DNA from: Phoronis australis
Lineage: Eukaryota; Animalia; Phoronida
Length of the DNA: 64,000 nt
Assembly: GCA_002633005.1 (NCBI GenBank)
Contig: NMRA01000025.1
Span: forward strand, 531,502 to 595,501
Reading direction: 5' to 3'
The notes beneath the pieces are model-generated. The model had not been told where the DNA came from. It made no database searches and worked only from the letters and a program-made list of their open reading frames with translations. Positions 37,141 to 49,287 of the stretch are shown here, piece by piece; within the stretch, counting starts at the first letter, position 1, and each line of letters begins with the position of its first letter. The translations under genes were made by a program, and so were the position numbers.

Positions 37141-38537
37141 TAGGCAATGACCATCGCCTCTGTTGGCCCGAACCAGAAGCGATGCAGAGGCTATAGGCGC
37201 TCTGTACGCCGGAAGCTTTTCGGCGAATTATGCCTCGCACCGACTAAACCATCAAAGTCACGTTGTTATAAATACCTTTTGCGCATAGAGGAACACCTTA
37301 GGCGGTTGTCGATGTGTTTAAGTCCTTCCAACTCGAACAAATACTCCCGTTATGAAACTTTTTCTTCGATCAGTCCCTATTTCAGTTCNNNNNNNNNNNN
37401 NNNNNNNNNNNNNNNNNNNNNNNNNNNNNNNNNNNNNNNNNNNNNNNNNNNNNNNNNNNNNNNNNNNNNNNNNNNNNNNNNNNNNNNNNNNNNNNNNNNN
37501 NNNNNNNNNNNNNNNNNNNNNNNNNNNNNNNNNNNNNNNNNNNNNNNNNNNNNNNNNNNNNNNNNNNNNNNNNNNNNNNNNNNNNNNNNNNNNNNNNNNN
37601 NNNNNNNNNNNNNNNNNNNNNNNNNNNNNNNNNNNNNNNNNNNNNNNNNNNNNNNNNNNNNNNNNNNNNNNNNNNNNNNNNNNNNNNNNNNNNNNNNNNN
37701 NNNNNNNNNNNNNNNNNNNNNNNNNNNNNNNNNNNNNNNNNNNNNNNNNNNNNNNNNNNNNNNNNNNNNNNNNNNNNNNNNNNNNNNNNNNNNNNNNNNN
37801 NNNNNNNNNNNNNNNNNNNNNNNNNNNNNNNNNNNNNNNNNNNNNNNNNNNNNNNNNNNNNNNNNNNNNNNNNNNNNNNNNNNNNNNNNNNNNNNNNNNN
37901 NNNNNNNNNNNNNNNNNNNNNNNNNNNNNNNNNNNNNNNNNNNNNNNNNNNNNNNNNNNNNNNNNNNNNNNNNNNNNNNNNNNNNNNNNNNNNNNNNNNN
38001 NNNNNNNNNNNNNNNNNNNNNNNNNNNNNNNNNNNNNNNNNNNNNNNNNNNNNNNNNNNNNNNNNNNNNNNNNNNNNNNNNNNNNNNNNNNNNNNNNNNN
38101 NNNNNNNNNNNNNNNNNNNNNNNNNNNNNNNNNNNNNNNNNNNNNNNNNNNNNNNNNNNNNNNNNNNNNNNNNNNNNNNNNNNNNNNNNNNNNNNNNNNN
38201 NNNNNNNNNNNNNNNNNNNNNNNNNNNNTAGCGAGCGCGGTAAAAATTGGAGCGTGCGCAGTATAAAAATGGTGAGTTCACGATTTTGGGAACTGAAATA
38301 GGGACTGCTCGAAGAAAAAGTTTGATAATGGGAGTATTTGTTCGAGTTGGAAGGAATTAAACACATCGACAACCTCCTCAGGTGTTCCTCTATGCGCAAA
38401 AGGTATTTATAACAACGTGACTTTGATGGTTTAGTCGGTGCGAGGCATAATTCGCCGAAAAGCTTCTGGCGTACAGAGCGCCTATAGCCTCTGCATCGCC
38501 TCTGGTTCGGGCCAACAGAGGCGATGGTCATTGCCTA
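37141..38537. mobile_element. Second copy of the long-TIR element (interior is an N gap)
   Basis: Same TIRs as 21534-22463, with a perfect 9-bp TSD ACCACAAGA at 37132-37140 and 38538-38546. Confidence 0.92.
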
Positions 38538-39299
38538 ACCACAAGATAATATTGATGGATTTGGGGGGGGCAAGGGGACCATGGCCCCCCTAAAACTCTC
38601 AGATTTCATTTGGCAGTTCGAGGGTGCAAATATCTTGCGGGTAAATTCCTGCCAAATACTTTGCTCTGCCCCCCCCTCCTAAGTAAAAATCTTGGGTATG
38701 CCCCTGAATCACAGGCCCCTTTAAGTAGCCCTCTACAATATAATATAATAAAGAGAAAGGTACACAACTGATATTCAATATGGCCGTCTGCCGGCCATTT
38801 CCGGAATAACCCCAAGCACGTCAAATCTGAGAGTAATTTAACTCAAACATTGTATCTGCGACCATTTGTTGACATCGAAACCAATAAATATCATAAATAC
38901 CTCCAGATCTTCCTAGTTCAATCGTCAACATTCACGACAAAGGGAAAAGCACGAAGGCTTCATATCAGTNCCCCCCCTCCTAACTAAAAATCTTGGGTAT
39001 GCCCCTGAATCACAGGCCCCTTTAAGTAGCCCCCTACAATATAATATAATAAAGAGAAAGGTACACAACTGATATTCAATATGGCTGTCTGCCGGCCATT
39101 TCCGGAATAACCCCAAGCACGTCAAATCTGAGAGTAATTTAACTCAAACATTGTATCTGCGACCATTTGTTGACATCGAAACCAATAAATATTATAAATA
39201 CCTCCAGATCTTCCTAGTTCAATCGTCAACATTCACGACAAAGGGAAAAGCACGAAGGCTTCATATCAGTTTTGTCTAATGCGCATGCTAATGAGGTGA

Positions 39300-40298
39300 C
39301 GCTATTTCTCCGTTTTCAGATGGATTTGACCTAGTTTGCGCCACCTAGTTTGCGCCACCTAGTTTGCGCCACCTAGTGGCCATTTTTACTGTTTTTGAGT
39401 CTGTTTTTGGCGTCCACTCGTCTATCAACCAAACCGCTTTCAGGATAATTGTGAAAATTGGCATGTGTGTTTTTACTATGAAGTTGATGGCTGACGATGA
39501 TTTTCCGACTACTCTGGCGCCTCCTAGTGGTAGTTTTGTTTTTTGCGCTCATGGCTGTATCTCCTAAACTGTTTGCAGGATCTTAACTTTATTCAGCAAG
39601 TGTATTTATATGATGTTGACAACGGACGACGTCGATTTTCGGACGGATCTGACTACTGGTATGCCCCCTAGTGGCAATTTTAGTTTTTTAGGTTTACCAG
39701 TCTGTATCTTCAAAGGTCCTCAACAGATTTTCTTAAAATTTTGAATATAGACATCTATTGGTGATGTGGTGCTATTATCTTGTTTTTGGATGGAAGCGAG
39801 ATATTTTGCGCCACCTAGTGGTCATTTTTGCTATTTCCAAATCTTGTTTTTGGCATCCACCCCTTGATCAACCAAATCATTCTAAGGATGGTTTTGAAAA
39901 TTGGCGTATGTGTGAAGAGGAGCTTTGATGATGACGACTGACTGCTGTGGCGCCTCCTAGTGGTAGTTTTGTTTTGTTTTTCCCCATAGCTGTATCTCCA
40001 AAACCCACTACAGGATCTTTATTAAATCTAGTATGTGAAGACCACATACAATGACTTTTAGGCAGATCGAACGGACGCTGTGCTCACAAGTATCAATTTC
40101 ATTCTGTTCTGTTTTCCTTTTGTTTCTCTGAAGTTCCTTGGCAGATTTTTATGAAATATGGCATGTTCCCATTTTTGGATGGATTGTACATTTTTGCACC
40201 AGCTAGTGGCCATTTTTATGATACATATAAATAACCCTAAAAGCACACCATTTGCGATGCATTTGTGAGTGCATTTCAATGCTCCGCGTTGCTCTTGT
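39300..40298 (-). mobile_element. HINE-like repeat, inverted copy
   Basis: The reverse complement starts AACAAGAGCAACGCGGAGC and has the same modules and GCCACTAG motifs as 17888-18477 and 13120-13560. Confidence 0.65.
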
Positions 40299-40907
40299 TA
40301 ATGACACTAATTTTCAGATTTCAGATTTTATCTTACCACTTTTTTATATCGGCGTATACGTAGTATACAGCTTTGTACCAAGGCTACTAGCCAGCCAGAT
40401 ACTAAGCTAGCTGTATGAAGACTATCGTCAAAATACAGCTAGCTACCTCTGCGTGTTCAGCGGGAAATGATGACAGCTTCACAGCAGCAAAATTTCTTCC
40501 GAGATTCAGTTTGCTGGGGCTCGATATAAACCAAACTGCCAATAGCTTTATCAAACTATTTATTTCGCAGATTTCAATCCTGTAACAAATAAAACAATAT
40601 TTACAATGGGCTTGAACCAGATACAATTCACGGTATATCATTTACATAGATCTGCCACATTATATGTTATGAGAAACACATAGTTAGCAATTCATCTATT
40701 TCACTAAACAGTTTACACATACTAGAATAAACAAAAAATAAGGAAACACCTACTAAGTCAATATGGGTTAAATGATCTTCGGCTGCCTTTTTGATTAATG
40801 ATTCGTATAGAAAATAATAAAAATAATCGCAGGCGGTCTGATACACGTTGTATCAGACGTGCGCAGGCCTCGCATGTGGGCCCATTGCACTGATCACCTG
40901 GAAATAT

Positions 40908-41055
40908 TTTTATGCTTTATTGATATATGGTTAAAACTGAGCTGAGGAGCTAGAAACCTGGCTCAGGGGTTTAGCAGTGTGACCTGGTGGGACTTGAACC
41001 CACAACCTCGAGTAAAGAAAGCGGGCACTTATCAACCGGGCCACACTGCCTCCTC
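40908..41055 (-). mobile_element. tRNA-derived SINE
   Basis: The minus strand reads GAGGAGGCAGTG-TGGCCCGGTTG (A box)...GGTTCAAGTCC (B box), then a body and an A-rich tail. It is homologous to 56069-56212. Confidence 0.75.
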
Positions 41056-43685
41056 TAATGATTCGTAACTGAAATACAAAATTATTCCATATTATAGTAA
41101 AGTGTCAACAAAATAGAGCCACACCCCAAACGGAACAACATGGCCGCATTACATCACCCTTACAATCTAAATCATCAAAACCTGACTGCATGTCATGATA
41201 AAATATAAAACAAAACACAACAGTCTGGAACTACATTTATACACCATAATGACAAGTTTCTGATATAAATACTAACAATCTCAAAAGTATCAAAATTACA
41301 GCTCTTACCTATCATGGCAAACAGCACATCCAATACGCAACCTTTCCCATACACTGCAGAAACAATAATGCCGCCAAAATTACTGAGGTCAGGCTAAATA
41401 CCTCTCTTGGAGTGAATACAGAACCAGTTTGAACTAGTTACCTTACACATCTACTATTTGAAATTACCACCAGAAACAATGCCCTAACAAATCAGCAGTT
41501 ACCAATGGTTTATCGGTGGCACTTCCAGACAACCAAGCCAGAGCACCATGGTTCAAATCCTGATAACATTAAATTTTTTAGAAACATTAATAATTTCTAA
41601 AATATATAAAATACACCACTATCACACTAAGCTAGCTGTATGAAGACTATCGTCAAAATACAGCTAGGTACCTCTGCGTGTTCAGCGGGAAATGATGACA
41701 GCTTCGCAGCAGCAAAATTTCTTCCGAGATTCAGTTTGCTGGTATTAAAATACTTAAAACATATATTAAGGAAATGAAACCAGTTCTGATAATTTGTTGT
41801 GACATGTATGTAACTGTAACCTCGTGAAAGAAGAGCAGTTGACTGAATAATCAGCGAAAAATGAAAGTGGCACAATATTTCATGGCACCGAAAGCCAGTG
41901 CAAAAGATCACTCTGCAACTTTAGCAGTAGAACTCAATTTTTCCAAAACCGGTGAACAATTTAATTTACTCAAGGAAGTGTGTAGTTTTCAGTGACACCT
42001 ATTTTTTGTCAGATTTTGTTTGATCATGCAGTTTTTTACCCACATTGGCGCAAAACTGTGTATTAAGTATACAGCTAGTAATTTTTCACACTCTATTCTA
42101 TGGTGCCAAACATGAATTTCCCTGATTGATAACTTTTTCCCCTGGACACTTTGTGAAACTCATTCCTCCTATCGGGAGAATTCTCCAGATCTAGGGAAAT
42201 ATTTTAAAAATTTTCCCAGTTTAAGAACCTGCTTCAGCCTCCTGGTTGGTTTGTCCAGCTTGGCAGGGCGAATCTTACAACACTGATTGGAAGGGATGTT
42301 TTGCTCCTTGCAAATCTGTGCACGGTTTTATAATCCAAGTCAAGTGTCATAGATGTGCTTCCGGTGAATCATATGAGCCTCTGTTGGCCACTGGTGAAAG
42401 GGCAATAGAATGGTTTGTAGTTTTCCGGTTTTATCGGGGTCGCTGGTTCGATTCACGGGCTGTTACTACACGAGTAAATGCTTACACATGATGACATTCA
42501 AGACTCAAGTGCATAGTCTGAAATTCTGCCAATTCTGTGGTAATCAAACCTGCAACCTCTTGGCCGACAGCACATGTAGCCAGGTACACGCAGTTACTTG
42601 CAACTTTGCTCTGTCCTTTCAGCTTGGCACTCAGTGTCTGTATTAAAAAGTCGGTATACAGATGGGGCTCAGTTGTGACTTTCAGCTAACAGAAGAAATA
42701 CAGTGAAACTGAGTGAAAGGTCGCCTTGTTCCAAGTTTTGAAGGGCTGGTACTTTTTGCTTCAAAAGCCAGTCGTCTTTACCTGTTGACCAAAGAGCAAT
42801 TGCCTGTAGGCGAGTGATTGAGAGAGATTTTTATACTACAACTCTGACAGTAGACTCACCAGAGAAATCACCCACGTCAAAATGCACCCGTCCCCCAAAA
42901 AAATCAAACAAGGATCGCAAAATGCTGACATGACCCATAAGTCCTCCAAATCGACCCATATTTTCCAGGCCCTGTGGGTCAGTTGACCCATTTCCACATT
43001 TTTCATAAAAGATTCTTGAGATACGGTGTTTTAATGGAGAGAACTTTCTGATGTAGGCAATCCGTAATAGAGCATATACCTGTAGAATTATCTTCTGTTA
43101 CGAGTAAAACAGCAGAAATTGGCAGGAATACGTAAAATGAAATCATTCGTAATCTTAAATGTGTGTTCTCAGACTGAGACATTGCCGGGTGATAGTTTCA
43201 CTAAGCTCTTGCAATAAACATGTATTTGCATGCTCCTAGCTATGCTAATGTATAGCAGCAACTAAATGACAGTGCTATTTTAACATCATCTTACGCTAAG
43301 CAAAGTGCAGTTGTATTCATTGACAACTTGTAAATGTGTAAACAAAAAATTCTGCAAATAGGTGACCTTTGCACTAATGAAGTACCTTAGGGGCTTACAT
43401 AACCCATATCATGCAATGTTATTCCCTAATACCACGTCACGATACTTACTGGACTTGGTTGAGTGATTTACGGCAGATCATTTTCAACACAAAACTTGTT
43501 CTTAAGAACATTTGACAATTTTCAACGAATTTCATATTCACATCATTGCAATAATTTTATGTTGAGTTTCTAACTAAGTTGACATAGCAATCACAGAGGA
43601 ATTAGCGTGCAAGTTCCACTTTAAAGAGTTTTGTTTGCTCCAAGAATTATAGCCTGGAATTTCTCCATTGCAGGTACTTTGAAGT

Positions 43686-46600
43686 ATGAGGCTTATACGC
43701 CATTGTTGTGGCGCATGGACGCTGTGTAAATCGCAGTATGTGTCTTCCATTCTATCAAGGTTCTTGTCAAGTGAAGCCAACCGTGGTGATGTCACAGATG
43801 CGTCCAGGATCAGAAACATTGGCATTTCTGCACATATTGATTCAGGCAAGACAACTCTAACCGAACGCATTCTCTTCTACACGGGCCGCATTGCTGAGAT
43901 TCATGAGGTCCGGGGAAAAGATGGCGTTGGTGCCACAATGGACTCCATGGAATTGGAACGTCAACGCGGGATCACGATACAGTCTGCCGCCACCTACACC
44001 ACATGGAAGGAGGTGAACGTTAACATAATTGACACCCCTGGGCATGTTGACTTCACCGTAGAGGTAGAGAGAGCTCTCAGAGTTCTCGATGGCGCAGTAT
44101 TGGTGTTGTGTGCCGTTGGTGGCGTCCAGAGCCAGACATTCACGGTCAACCGTCAGATGCGGCGCTACCAAGTGCCGTGTCTGGCATTTATAAATAAACT
44201 GGATCGGATGAACGCTGATCCAGAGCGTGTACTGAAACAGTTGAGAACAAAGTTAAATCATAATGCTGCATTCATTCAACTGCCAATTGGAACTGAGAAC
44301 AATTGCACGGGGATTGTGGACTTGATAGATAGGAAGAGCCTTTACTTCGGAGACCCAATGGGACTGAATGTCACCGAGGGTGAAATCCCTATTGACATGA
44401 AAATGGAGTGTGAAGAACGTCGACAAGAACTCATCGAGCATGTAGCAAATGTGGATGAGTGTCTTGGTGAAATGTTTCTAGAGGAAAAAACACCGAGTGA
44501 AAATGATGTCAAAGCGGCCATTAGGAGAAGTGTGATAAAGCGGGTGTTCACACCAGTTCTGGTGGGGACAGCGTTGAAAAATAAAGGGGTGCAGCCCCTA
44601 CTAGATGCTGTTGTCTCTTATTTGCCTGACCCCACAGAGGTGGACAATTACGCTCTTGATGAGACTGAGGAAGATAATTCCAAACGAGTGTTGATGAATC
44701 CCGAGCGGTCTGACCAGCATCCATATGTTGGTCTCGCGTTCAAACTAGAGGCAGGACGGTTTGGCCAGCTGACCTATATCAGGGTGTACCAGGGTCACCT
44801 AAAGAAAGGGGAGACAATCTACAATACACGAACAGGCAAGAAGACCAAGGTGTCGCGCCTTGCTCGTATGCATGCTAGTGAGATGGAAGAGGCAAGTGAA
44901 CTGAACTTCTGTGTGTGATTTTTTTTAAAAAGCATGTCCTTAACTATCAGCAGTTTCTTCGAAATATGAAATGCATGCTGGTCTAATAGCCATTGTATGT
45001 TTTTAAAATTTCTAAAATGTTTGTGGAAATCATTTACAAGGAAAGGAAAATTAACAAAGGCTCGTTATGGGCGAGGAGATCTGATAAAAAGGTACATTTT
45101 ATAGACTTTTGAAAATGTTTATATGTTATCGAAGATTCTTCCCTGTGCACAGGCTGTTTGAGATCGACCAACTCCATGGCAACCAATATTCTCAGAAATC
45201 TCGAACAGCGTGTTGGATTGCTGAGTACGTCGTTTACTTATTGACTCCTTACTTCTTAAAGCTGCTCTGCCATGTTCTGTTCTCAAAAATAACTTTTTCC
45301 AGGTGTGTTTACCCTTCCAAAGCAGCATTGCTGTGTTTTTACGGCTTACTTGACTTCAACTTGAATCCAGAATTTCTGAAAATTATCGTAACGGCCACAG
45401 TGCCTTGACAGCTGTGGCCAACCTGCTGGACTTACAGCCTGTTCTTAAAATGAACTGCTGCTTTTTCTAGGTAAATGAAGTGTTTGCTGGTGACATCTGT
45501 GCACTGTTTGGAATAGACTGTGCCAGTGGTGACACATTCGTCACCAAGGGCAACACCAACATCTCCATGGAGTCGATTTACGTGCCTGACCCAGTCATCT
45601 CCATGTCCATTCGGCCAGAAAACAAAAACAACACGGAGGCCTTCTCGAAGGGCATCAATCGTTTCACCAAGGAGGATCCGACGTTTCGCGTGCATTATGA
45701 CAACGAAAGCAAGGTGTGTCTCTTTGTTGCTTGATAAAACTGCATTTCCTCCTTTTGAAGTTATATTGAGCACTGTTTATGTGACATGACTATTACCTTG
45801 GGACATTTTGTTTCACACAATGGCAAATGTTGAATGTTTTGTTAAAAATTTTCAACAATCTTGATAATGTCATGAAATTAGACTAATTAGCACTTTTGTG
45901 TGATATGATTACCATATAGTCGGAATACAGTTCTTAGGTGATATTTTTGGGTTAATAAACTACTTCATCATTTTATCTCACTTTGAATTTGTCCTTTTTT
46001 GACCCACTGAAGCAGCACTCATTGTAACTTTGATGCACCACAAAAGTCCATTTGGAATGACGTCAAACTTCACTGTTTGTAAATCTGTTGGAATGTAATT
46101 CTGGTTTTTAATGACATCTTTCAGTTGCTAAAATTTATCATGTTGCCTAAATTAGTGAAAACAAAGGAAAGGATTTTATGTAAAATTATGTAGGACCTTA
46201 CCAGCCAAAAACCTATAAAAGTATAGATTTAACTCCGTTAAAGTCTATATTTTCTCAAATTAGAAAGCCTGTAGAATATGATTTTCACTTTATGCAAAAC
46301 TGACATTATGTGGGTAACGTGACCATGTCTTTTAGTAACATTTATTTAAAAAGAATGTCTTTGAGAACAATGCATAAAGCCAAGTGTCTGAAAGTTTCAT
46401 ATGATTCCAGTCAGCCATTTGTGAAGTACGATGTTCCGGAGCCAAATTTGGGTATTTTTCTAGGGTCCTGTATAAACTTAAGGAGATAAACGTAACAAAT
46501 GGACCTCCAGATCCAAATTGGCACAAAATGCCTTTTAATTCTAGGAATTTGTGATTAGCATTTATTTTGCACAAGATGTTACACTCACTGTTTAATTCTA

Positions 46601-49287
46601 TTTAGGAAACAATTGCTTCTGGCATGGGTGAGCTTCACCTGGACATCTATGCACAGCGTCTGGAACGCGAGTACAACACCAAGTGCAGTCTGGGAAAACC
46701 CAAGGTGGCATTTCGCGAGACGCTTGTGGAGCCGGTCGAGTTCGATTATCTCCATAAAAAGCAGACGGGTGGCCAGGGACAGTACGGCCGGGTAATAGGG
46801 GTGATGGAGCCCCTAGGACCAGACGAGTATACTAAAATCCAATTTGTTGACGAAACTGTGGGTACAAATGTGCCGAAGACGTACGTACCGTCAATTGAGA
46901 AGGGATTCCGTGCTGCTTGCGAGAAGGGGTTGCTCACGGGGCACCTGGTGTCTGGCCTGAAGATTCGCCTGCAGGATGGTGACCACCACATTGTGGACTC
47001 GTCCGACTGGGCATTCCAACAAGCTGCAGAGGGAGCCTATAAGCAGGTGAGCTTTATTTGAAACCATATGGCCATTGGCCCAAAGTATTGCAAATACAAC
47101 AACGCTACAAGCAATAAATTGGGACTCTTAAGAGCAAAGCGAACAAATTTTAGATGCGAAATATCAGGAGCTTTTGTTAGGAATTCCAATTTAAATAATG
47201 TAGGATGATAAAAGCGACCACTAAGTATTGTATCCGAAAATTTTGGTGCGCACTGCACACCAAGAGAAAGTAGTATTTGTTTTCCACACGGCCTTAGTTC
47301 ATACCTACTAGACAACCTATTTTCATGAGGAATATTTGTGTGGTGGCCTCTTTCACGAAAGCAGTCGATGGTAAGAACACCACAGTCGATTCCGATTAAC
47401 CATTTCTGAATAATTCTCTTGGAAATACTTTGGTTTAAAACTCACATAGTAAGACAGTTTCACGTTACATTCAATATCCGATATGCAGCCTTGTAGATGG
47501 CAGTTGCTGACACACTGGGAAAATTCTGTTTAGAAATGTGCTTGTTGTGCCACACTCTGGCTAATTTAAACATATGAAGAGCTGTTCACCAACTGTAGTT
47601 GCCTTACAAAGCTTGCTCAATTACAAGATCTTTCCATCAGATGTGATTATAACACTTTAGTAAATGTTGACTATTCAATGACCTGGATGTCACTCTCAGA
47701 CATTGGCAAACAGCACATCATTATGTATACTTACAACATTCTTCACAATTTTAATAATTATTCCAATTCACTTCTCTTTAACAACTTCAGACAGACACAA
47801 TTTCGTGAGTTTGTAATCCCTCATAATTTTTCGAATTCATTTCGTAAATCTCCTCTTTCTCAGTGCATCCACCTGTGGAATGTTATTCCTTGTCATCCCA
47901 AAATAACGCATAGTTTTCAATAATGCATAGTTTTCAATAACGCATAGTTTTCAATAACGCATAGTTTTCAATAACGCATAGTTTTCAATCGCTTAAACTT
48001 GCTGTGAAAAGATATCATAAATAATCTGCTTGCATATGTTATCGATTTGCAGGCAGTAATTGTATTTTGTTCAATTACTTATGATGAAATAATTAGCTAT
48101 CTAAGTTGAATACTCAATTCTAACATGACCCAGATCTCATTTGAGCGAGTCAGAGTGACTAAATAGTAGCCAGAGTTAATTCTACAGTACACGCCAAAAG
48201 TATTCAGGCAAAATGACCCATAATTCCCTGTCATGACCGCTGGGTAGAAGTGAAATTTACTGTTAGAGTAGTCTCCCCTGATGACTGACAGTGAAGGGGA
48301 ATTAACAGGAAAGTTATCAAGGTGTCTCAGCCATTCTGTAATTAGAATTTTGATGCTACAGTACCGTAGTTATTACCAGTTAGTTTTGATGTTACCAGAA
48401 TGGGACATCAAGACAGGGAAACGGTGTTTTGTGTGCTGTTATATATCTTGTGTCACAGTATTTAGTTGGATTTAAAGCAATTGAGTTGGGATCGGAAAAA
48501 TGTCTTTGCAAGATAAACAGGATCTGTAATTTTAGTAAGGGTAGCCGTTGCTTTCTCATTCAAGATTTGAAAAATCCATTTCTAGCCTTGTTATGTTGGT
48601 CTCAAACTTCTTGTCATTGTGCGAAGAATTGCTTGCTGAAGTAGTTGAATTTAAAGACAAGGGGTTGCACCATACAAAGGCTATTAATACTTCCTAAGCA
48701 CTCGATACACTCAAACATATAGATATCAAATCAAATCTTATTACGAGATCTTATCTTGGTTTAAAAACAGAATTGAAATTACCTAAATGGCCGAGCGCTC
48801 GAACTAGCACAATGTACTGTCAGAGTTCAGCAAATCCTGATTAGTGATTTTACTATAAGTGAATTGCATTATTTCTGTGTATTTCAAGATTTTTTGGTTA
48901 ATAAAACAAATATAAGGTTATTGTCTTCATTAGGTGTGCGAAGATGGCAACTGGACTATTCTGGAACCAGTAATGACCGTGGAGGTGAATGCACCCATCG
49001 AGTTCCAGGGCGTCCTGATGGCTGGGCTCAACAAACGCCGTGCCATCATCACAGGTACCGACTCAGCACACGATTACTTTACAGTGTTCTGTGAAGTTCC
49101 GCTCAACGAGATGTTTGGCTATGCGACGGAGCTACGGTCGAACACGCAGGGCAAGGGCGAGTTTTCAATGGAGTATGCCAAGTACTGCCCGACCAACACA
49201 GAGACACAGATGGAGCTTGTGCGGCTGTTGGAAGAGGAGCGCGAGGCCAGTGCGACTGGCAAAGCAAAGTCTAAGAAAAAGAACTGA
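43686..49287 (+). CDS. GFM1: Mitochondrial elongation factor G1, 747 aa; coding exons 43686-44891, 45471-45713, 46606-47046, 48934-49287
   Basis: Transit-peptide-like N-terminus, then [50 protein letters not shown] and [15 protein letters not shown]. All three introns are phase 0 (2244 nt total); intron 1 uses a GC donor. Confidence 0.97.
47660..48025 (+). mobile_element. Probable decayed LINE 3' end with an internal 17-bp tandem repeat
   Basis: W.SLSD..KQH...Y.ILH and [15 protein letters not shown] resemble a LINE ORF2 C-terminus. AATAACGCATAGTTTTC occurs 5 times at 47902-47989. Confidence 0.5.

Noticed and set aside
40970-41055. tRNA gene
   Set aside because: A and B boxes are present but I could not fold a proper cloverleaf, and it continues into a shared body and tail seen again at 56069, so it is a SINE.
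43686-44918. Bacterial fusA contamination or horizontal transfer
   Set aside because: It has a transit-peptide-like N-terminus, mitochondrial EF-G1 signatures and spliceosomal introns.
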